DNA of 32,173 bases from Campylobacterota bacterium (lineage in GTDB: Bacteria; Campylobacterota; Campylobacteria; Campylobacterales; Sulfurovaceae), in the NCBI GenBank assembly GCA_034722955.1, contig JAYEOM010000113.1:1-32173 (forward strand), written 5' to 3'. Below the pieces are notes generated by a model. That model saw only the letters and a list, made by a program, of their open reading frames with translations, was not told where the DNA came from and did no database searches. Each line of letters begins with the position of its first letter. Position 1 is the first letter of the stretch. A program made the translations under genes and the position numbers. This document shows, in pieces, positions 26,924 to 32,173 of this stretch.

Positions 26924-27373
26924 CTACTCTTCAGATTTCATATCTGCATATTTTTTGAGTGCTACCTCCATAGCACCTTTGTCAGCTACTTTTCGTCCTG
27001 CAATATATCCAACAATCTCACCTTCGTCATCAAACTTTGGTTTTGCCCAGACAACAACATCATAATAGCAACCGTCATGGTTTAGGTTGCGCACTAACCC
27101 CTCCCAATATTTTCCACTTTTGAGTGTCGTCCACATATCTTTAAACGCTGCTTTTGGCATGTCGGGGTGGCGATTGATATTGTGTGGTGAACCTATAGTA
27201 TCCTCTTTACTATATCCTGTAAGTTCAAGAAATTTACGATTGGCATAGGTGATGATACCTGCTTTATCAGTCTCGGTTATCATCACTTTACCATCATACT
27301 CTACCTCTATATCTAGAGGATCTGGTATCTGGATAGTTTTTCCCGTGATAAGGTTTTTTATTTTTCTTCCCAT
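26924..27373 (-). CDS. Stand-alone Aer/CetB-type PAS protein (paralogue of neighbour)
   Basis: Same length (149 aa) and shared motifs KNxIT, MITETD, YANRKF, NRHPDMPK, GKYWEG and GYIAGRK. Confidence 0.85.
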   Translation of the reverse strand: MGRKIKNLITGKTIQIPDPLDIEVEYDGKVMITETDKAGIITYANRKFLELTGYSKEDTIGSPHNINRHPDMPKAAFKDMWTTLKSGKYWEGLVRNLNHDGCYYDVVVWAKPKFDDEGEIVGYIAGRKVADKGAMEVALKKYADMKSEE

Positions 27374-27484
27374 TACTGCTCTTTTAATTTTTACCTCAGA
27401 TTATTCCAAGTTTATATATATTATAAAGTAATCTTTTGTAATTTTACTGAACCTGATTGTTTAAACCACCTACACAATACTCTT

Positions 27485-27493
27485 TGTTACAAT
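27485..27493 (+). promoter_or_regulatory. Extended -10 element for metH
   Basis: TGTTACAAT, implying a leader of about 19 nt that contains RBS AAGGA. Confidence 0.45.
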
Positions 27494-27518
27494 TAGAGCA
27501 ATATTGTAAGGAATCATT

Positions 27519-30500
27519 ATGTCTATCACTCAAACAATCAAACAACTCATCACCACCCGAACCCTCGTCATAGATGGAGCGATGGGGACACAGATACAAT
27601 CTTTGGATATTCCCTCTAATGCTTGGCTTGATGATAAAGGCATAGACCAAGAGGGGTGCAATGAACTGCTCAATGCCACTGCCCCTCATCTAATCAGAGA
27701 GATCCACCACCGCTACGCTACCGCAGGGGCTGATATGATAAAAACCAACACCTTTGGGACAATGCCTTGGGTGCTTGATGAGTACGGTATGAGTCACAGA
27801 GCTTATGAGCTGACCCTAGAGGGGACGAAGCTTGTCAAGGAGGTTTGCGAGGAGTTTAGTACGCCCAATCAGCCACGATTTGTATTGGGCTCTATTGGAC
27901 CTGGCACAAAGCTACCATCACTAGGGCATATAGGCTATGATGAACTCTATGAGGGGTATAGGCTTGTAGCTGAGGCTCTCATAGAGGGTGGGTGTGATCT
28001 GTTTCTCCTTGAGACTTGTCAAGATCCACTCCAAATCAAAGCCGCCTTGCACGCTTGTGAGGATGCCAATGAGGCTAGAGGGGTAAAGCTTCCTATTATG
28101 GTCTCTGTGACTATTGAGCTGAGTGGTTCTATGCTGATAGGTACAGATACATCTACTATTGTCACTATCTTAGAGCCGTTTGATATCCTCTCACTAGGGT
28201 TCAACTGTGGTACAGGACCAGATCAAGTCAAAAAGCATCTCAAGACGCTATCAGAGCTATGTAAGTTTCCTATCTCTGTCCACTCCAACGCAGGACTCCC
28301 TCAAAACCGTGGAGGATACACATACTACCCTATGGGTCCAGATGAGTTTACCGCTAAGCAGTTGGAGTTTACGGCATTTGATGGGGTGAGCTTCCTCGGA
28401 GGGTGTTGTGGTACTACCCCTCAACATATCCACGCACTCAAACTTGCTGTTAAAAATATAGCACCCAAAGCACCTATAGGATATATAGAGCCATCCATCG
28501 CTTCACTCTTCAACACTACAGAACTCTTCCAAAAACCTGCTCCTCTCCTCATAGGAGAACGCTCCAATGCTACAGGCTCCAAGGCATTTCGAGAGTTGAT
28601 CATCGCTAGTGACTATGATGGGACACTCACCGTAGGACAAGCCCAAGTACGCGATGGAGCACATCTGCTTGATATCAATGTAGAGTTCGCAGGGCGTGAT
28701 GGTGCCAAAGATATGAGAGCCGTGATGGAACTCTATAACCAAAAGATACCTCTCCCACTGATGCCTGATGCCACGCGTGTCAACACGATGGAGGAGGGCT
28801 TGAAGTCTATCGGCGGTAAACCTATCATCAACTCTGTCAATCTCGAAGATGGTGAAGAGAAGCTAGATGCTATCTGTCGCCTTGCCAAACGATATGGTAC
28901 GGCTCTTGTCTGTCTCACCATCGATGAAGTCGGCATGGCAAAGACCAAAGAGGATAAGCTACGCATCGCAGAACGCATCTATGATTTGGCAGTCAACCGT
29001 CATGGCATAGACCCTAGAAATCTTATCTTTGATATGTTGGCATTTACAGTAGGGTCGGGGGATCTTGAGTATCGAGATGCAGCGTTGCAGACGAGAGATG
29101 CTATAGAGGAGCTGCACCGCAGACACCCTGAGGTAGGCTCGACACTAGGACTCTCCAATATCTCTTTCGGGCTAGATAAAAATGCACGATTTTTCCTCAA
29201 CTCTGTCTTTTTGCACCACTGTATCAAGGCTGGGATGACCTCTGTGATCATCAATGTCAAGCACATCATCCCACTAGCCAAGATGAGCAGAGAGGATATC
29301 GACACTTGTGAAGAGCTACTATTTGCTCCTGATGATCAATCACTTTTTAAGTTCATAGAGCACTTCTCTGATAAGACGATAGAAGATGACTCAGCAGATG
29401 AAGCCTACGAATCGATGAGTAGCAGGGAGAAGATAGCCAAACTGTTGATGGATGGTGACAAAGATCGGATGATACCACTCGTTGAGGAGGCACGCCACGA
29501 GATAGCAGCTGACACTATAGTCAATGAGATACTCATCGATGCGATGAAGGTAGTGGGTGAGCTCTTTGGGTCTGGGCAGATGCAGTTGCCTTTTGTTTTG
29601 CAGAGTGCTGAGACTATGAAGAGTACCGTAGACTACCTCAACCCCTACCTCACCAAACAAGAGAAAGCCACCGATACCACACTAGTCATAGGTACAGTCA
29701 AGGGTGATGTCCACGATGTAGGCAAAAATCTCGTCGATATCATCCTCTCCAATAACGGCTTCAGAGTCATCAATGTAGGTATCAAAGTACAACTAGAGAC
29801 TTACCTAGAGTCGATGGAACATAACAATATCCAAGCCATCGGCATGAGTGGGCTGCTAGTCAAATCCACCGCCGTGATGAGAGACAACCTTGAGACGATG
29901 GCGGAGATGGGTATCACTATCCCCGTACTGCTAGGTGGAGCGGCTCTCACGCGGAGCTTTGTGGATGACTTCTGTCGTCCTATCTACAGAGGGGAGATAT
30001 TTTACTGTCGTGATGCCTTTGATGGTGTCATTGCGATGGGTAGGATAGAGAAGTATAATAAAGACCCAAGTGTAGGTTTAGACTATAGATTGGCAGGGGA
30101 TATGGTAGAGCGTGAGACTATCGTCAAAAAAGAGGTCATCATCCCTCACTTTGAGCAGATAAAACTCCCCGAAGCTCAACCCGTCCCCACGCCGCCATTT
30201 TGGGGTCGCAGAGTCCTCCAAAAAGAGCAGCTAGATCTCAATATGGTTTTTGACTGGGTCAACCAGAAGAGTGTCATCAAGATGCACTGGGGCTACAAAA
30301 GCAAAGGCATGACCAAAGAGGAGTACACCAAACTCCTAGGTGAGACCGTCTACCCAGCCTACGAACGCCTCAAACGAGAGTTTATAGACAATGATCTCTT
30401 TGACCCTACTATCATCTACGGCTACTACCCTTGTAGAAGCAGTGACCAAGAGCTACTACTCTTTGATGAGTCTGAGGGGTGGAATATCGATGCAAATGCC

Positions 30501-31025
30501 AACAGAGAACCGCTAAATAGTGTAATGGGCAGAGCTATCAAAGCCTTTAGCTTCCCACGCCAAGGACGCAAACCCCACAGAGCATTGAGTGACTTCTTCC
30601 ACCACGACCGCCACGATCTCATAGCCATCACTTGCGTAAGTGCAGGAGCCAAGTTCTCCGCCTACGAAAAAGAGCTATACGACGCAGGCAAATATCTAGA
30701 GTACAATATGGTACATGGCTTCTCCGTAGAGCTAGCCGAAGCCCTAGCAGAAGTAGCCCACAAGCAGATAAGACTAGACCTAGGCATAGCCAGCGAAGAC
30801 GAAGGGCACACCCTAAGAGATGTCAGAATGAACCGCTACCAAGGCTCAAGATACTCATTTGGCTACCCAGCCTGCCCAGACCTAGAACAGAGCAGAGTGA
30901 TATTTGACCTACTTAAGCCTGAAGAGTTTGGCATAGAGCTGAGCGAGACTTTTCAAATACATCCTGAGCAGAGTACTACAGCGTTGGTGGTGCATCATAA
31001 AAATGCATCTTATTATTCGGTTTAA
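27519..31025 (+). CDS. metH: Cobalamin-dependent methionine synthase
   Basis: Hcy-binding DGAMGT and GGCCGT, pterin domain IGERSNATGS, B12 motif GDVHDVGKN..SGL, and reactivation domain RYSFGYPACPD. Confidence 0.97.
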   Translation: MSITQTIKQLITTRTLVIDGAMGTQIQSLDIPSNAWLDDKGIDQEGCNELLNATAPHLIREIHHRYATAGADMIKTNTFGTMPWVLDEYGMSHRAYELTLEGTKLVKEVCEEFSTPNQPRFVLGSIGPGTKLPSLGHIGYDELYEGYRLVAEALIEGGCDLFLLETCQDPLQIKAALHACEDANEARGVKLPIMVSVTIELSGSMLIGTDTSTIVTILEPFDILSLGFNCGTGPDQVKKHLKTLSELCKFPISVHSNAGLPQNRGGYTYYPMGPDEFTAKQLEFTAFDGVSFLGGCCGTTPQHIHALKLAVKNIAPKAPIGYIEPSIASLFNTTELFQKPAPLLIGERSNATGSKAFRELIIASDYDGTLTVGQAQVRDGAHLLDINVEFAGRDGAKDMRAVMELYNQKIPLPLMPDATRVNTMEEGLKSIGGKPIINSVNLEDGEEKLDAICRLAKRYGTALVCLTIDEVGMAKTKEDKLRIAERIYDLAVNRHGIDPRNLIFDMLAFTVGSGDLEYRDAALQTRDAIEELHRRHPEVGSTLGLSNISFGLDKNARFFLNSVFLHHCIKAGMTSVIINVKHIIPLAKMSREDIDTCEELLFAPDDQSLFKFIEHFSDKTIEDDSADEAYESMSSREKIAKLLMDGDKDRMIPLVEEARHEIAADTIVNEILIDAMKVVGELFGSGQMQLPFVLQSAETMKSTVDYLNPYLTKQEKATDTTLVIGTVKGDVHDVGKNLVDIILSNNGFRVINVGIKVQLETYLESMEHNNIQAIGMSGLLVKSTAVMRDNLETMAEMGITIPVLLGGAALTRSFVDDFCRPIYRGEIFYCRDAFDGVIAMGRIEKYNKDPSVGLDYRLAGDMVERETIVKKEVIIPHFEQIKLPEAQPVPTPPFWGRRVLQKEQLDLNMVFDWVNQKSVIKMHWGYKSKGMTKEEYTKLLGETVYPAYERLKREFIDNDLFDPTIIYGYYPCRSSDQELLLFDESEGWNIDANANREPLNSVMGRAIKAFSFPRQGRKPHRALSDFFHHDRHDLIAITCVSAGAKFSAYEKELYDAGKYLEYNMVHGFSVELAEALAEVAHKQIRLDLGIASEDEGHTLRDVRMNRYQGSRYSFGYPACPDLEQSRVIFDLLKPEEFGIELSETFQIHPEQSTTALVVHHKNASYYSV

Positions 31026-31047
31026 GTACAAGAAAACGCTCCAATTA

Positions 31048-31092
31048 GGGGACATTGGTTTTGTGAACGGAGTGAATGAAACCTGTGTCCTC
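31048..31092. repeat. Interrupted GC-rich palindrome (REP-like or terminator) after metH
   Basis: GGGGACA..GGTTTTGT - GAACGGAGTGA loop - ATGAAACC..TGTCCTC, pairing with several G-T wobbles. Confidence 0.35.
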
Positions 31093-31111
31093 GTATGGGG
31101 ATGGTTCAACC

Positions 31112-31183
31112 CTAGCCCACCTCTTCAAAAAATTTACAAATATCAACATCTAAAATAGTAGCAATCTTATAGAGATGCCCTAA
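31112..31183 (-). pseudogene. C-terminal remnant of an XRE-family HTH regulator
   Basis: Reads LGHLYKIATILDVDICKFFEEVG*, resembling the LxKIAxxLxVxxxxFF end of XRE domains. An in-frame stop lies immediately upstream, so the 5' part is missing. Confidence 0.55.
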
Positions 31184-31203
31184 TTAATTATTAGTTGCTT
31201 AAG

Positions 31204-31222
31204 ATAACAAATATGTTATAAT
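31204..31222 (+). promoter_or_regulatory. TA operon promoter with overlapping palindromic operator
   Basis: ATAACA-aata-TGTTAT (31204-31219) overlaps TGTTATAAT (31214-31222). The ATG at 31229 sits at the expected +1 (leaderless). Confidence 0.65.
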
Positions 31223-31228
31223 ATTCAC

Positions 31229-31548
31229 ATGAATTGGAATATAAAATATTTTAATGAGAGTATTGAAAATCATATACTTGATTTACCAGATGGATTGTTA
31301 GCAAGATATTTCAAACTTACTGACATGGTTCAAATTTAGGCTTACCACATACTAGAGTGTTGGGTAATGGACTTTTTGAACTTCGTTTAAAAAGTAAAGA
31401 AGGTATTGGAAGAGTATTTTATTGTACCAAAGTTGGTAAAAATATAATAATGCTTCACTCATATGTTAAGAAATCTCAAAAGATTCCTAAAAATGTAATG
31501 GCTACAGCATTGTCAAGATTGAAAGAGGTAAAAGAAAATGACTCATGA
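31229..31548 (+). pseudogene. Frameshifted RelE/ParE-family (Gp49-like, HigB-type) toxin
   Basis: ATG 31229 gives MNWNIKYFNESIENHILDLPDGLLARYFKLTDMVQI* (TAG 31337-31339). The continuation GSNLGLPYTRVLGNGLFELRLKSKEGIGRVFYC...LHSYVKKSQK is in another frame from about 31327. Confidence 0.8.
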
Positions 31549-31825
31549 AGAACTAAAACAAAAAGCATTTAAAAACAGAAATGTCAAAGAAGAATATGAT
31601 AAATTAGATTTAGAATTTCAGCTTTTAAATGAAATGCTAACAGCAAGAAAAAAAGCTGGATTAAATCAATCACAAGTTGCTGAACTTATGGGAACTAAGC
31701 AAACTTCAATAACAAGACTAGAATCAGCTTTAAGTGCAGGTGGTCACTCTCCATCACTTGCAACATTAAAAAAATATGCAAGTGCTGTTGGGTGTCATTT
31801 GGATATTAGATTTGTACATAATTGA
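31538..31825 (+). CDS. XRE/HTH antitoxin (HigA-like)
   Basis: ARKKAGLNQSQVAELMGTKQTSITRLES...PSLATLKKYASA, overlapping the toxin stop. Confidence 0.88.
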   Translation: MTHEELKQKAFKNRNVKEEYDKLDLEFQLLNEMLTARKKAGLNQSQVAELMGTKQTSITRLESALSAGGHSPSLATLKKYASAVGCHLDIRFVHN

Positions 31826-31887
31826 GTAAATGTATAGAGAATCGTAGGAGAAATGACTCTAAACTCTACAAACTCGGCTATATTGAC

Positions 31888-32168
31888 TCTACGGGTCAGG
31901 CGTTGAATATACACTAAAATTATGCTATACTACAAAAAACAAAAGGTCAAACAGTGCCAAGAAAACCAAGAGTAGATTTAGCAGACCTGCATATCAAAAA
32001 ACACTAAAAGAGCATTTTGCAAGAAACAAGATAGAGACAATGCTATAATAACAGCACTGAAAGATGGATATACACAAGCTAGGATTGCTCAGTTTATTGG
32101 GGTTTCTAGGTCTTTGGTTTGTAGGATTGTGAAGAGGAATAGTGCATATTCAACGCCTGACCCGTAGA
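31888..32168 (+). mobile_element. 281-bp non-autonomous element with 28-bp terminal inverted repeats, carrying an internally deleted RAYT/Y1-like transposase
   Basis: Left repeat TCTACGGGTCAGGCGTTGAATATACACT (31888-31915) and right repeat AGTGCATATTCAACGCCTGACCCGTAGA (32141-32168) are 27/28 complementary. Inside are TGCTATACT, an RBS, GTG-PRKPRVDLA.. (31954) and an HTH-like C-terminus RDNAIITALKDGYTQARIAQFIGVSRSLVCRIVKR..PDP*. Confidence 0.8.
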
Positions 32169-32173
32169 AATAA

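Noticed and set aside
27430..27518. Riboswitch (SAM or cobalamin) or RBS-sequestering hairpin upstream of metH
   Set aside because: An imperfect inverted repeat exists, but an extended -10 at 27485-27493 implies a leader of only about 19 nt, and I recognise no riboswitch consensus.
1678..31109. Numerous short antisense or out-of-frame ORFs in the track (e.g. 2002-2364, 16776-17228, 22139-22639, 26368-26781, 30632-30907)
   Set aside because: They are shadows of well-supported genes and show no recognisable motifs.
132..32168. Whole window as a composite transposon or island carrying nos between two RAYT remnants
   Set aside because: The interval holds core genes (mutS2, xer, ilvIH, lpxD, metH), the two remnants are diverged from each other, and the right element is self-contained within its own inverted repeats.
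1..32173. CRISPR array, tRNA/rRNA genes or a dif site
   Set aside because: By eye I found no regularly spaced repeats, cloverleaf or rRNA-like sequence, or dif consensus. Intergenic gaps are short and mostly explained. A covariance-model search would be needed to exclude small RNAs.

Overview
This is an AT-rich chromosomal segment from a Campylobacterota bacterium, probably Sulfurovum-like (inferred from gene content and protein sequences, not from a search). Left to right: the tail of a DUF2779-like gene, a remnant of a RAYT/Y1-type tyrosine transposase, an exported PLD-family protein, mutS2, an operon (membrane-anchored helical protein, beta-propeller lipoprotein, XerD-like recombinase, small hypothetical), and an unusual signalling cassette. 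That cassette contains a membrane hybrid kinase lacking both phospho-histidines, two ~91% identical Roadblock/LC7-like genes, and an intact GAF hybrid kinase. Next is a complete clade II nitrous oxide reductase cluster (nosZ with a fused cytochrome c, then nosB-D-G-C1-C2-H-F-L-Y-L2 and a PAS gene) with two class II Crp/Fnr-type promoters. It is followed by ilvI-ilvH-lpxD, two more stand-alone Aer-type PAS genes and metH. The right end is a decayed accessory patch: an HTH remnant, a frameshifted RelE-like toxin with intact antitoxin, and a 281-bp element bounded by 28-bp inverted repeats that carries an internally deleted RAYT-like transposase. The best candidates for undescribed biology are the pseudokinase/Roadblock/kinase cassette, the partner-less Aer-type PAS proteins and the inverted-repeat-bounded RAYT derivative. 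I found no rRNA, tRNA or CRISPR array. All family assignments come from motif recognition by eye; no database search was run.
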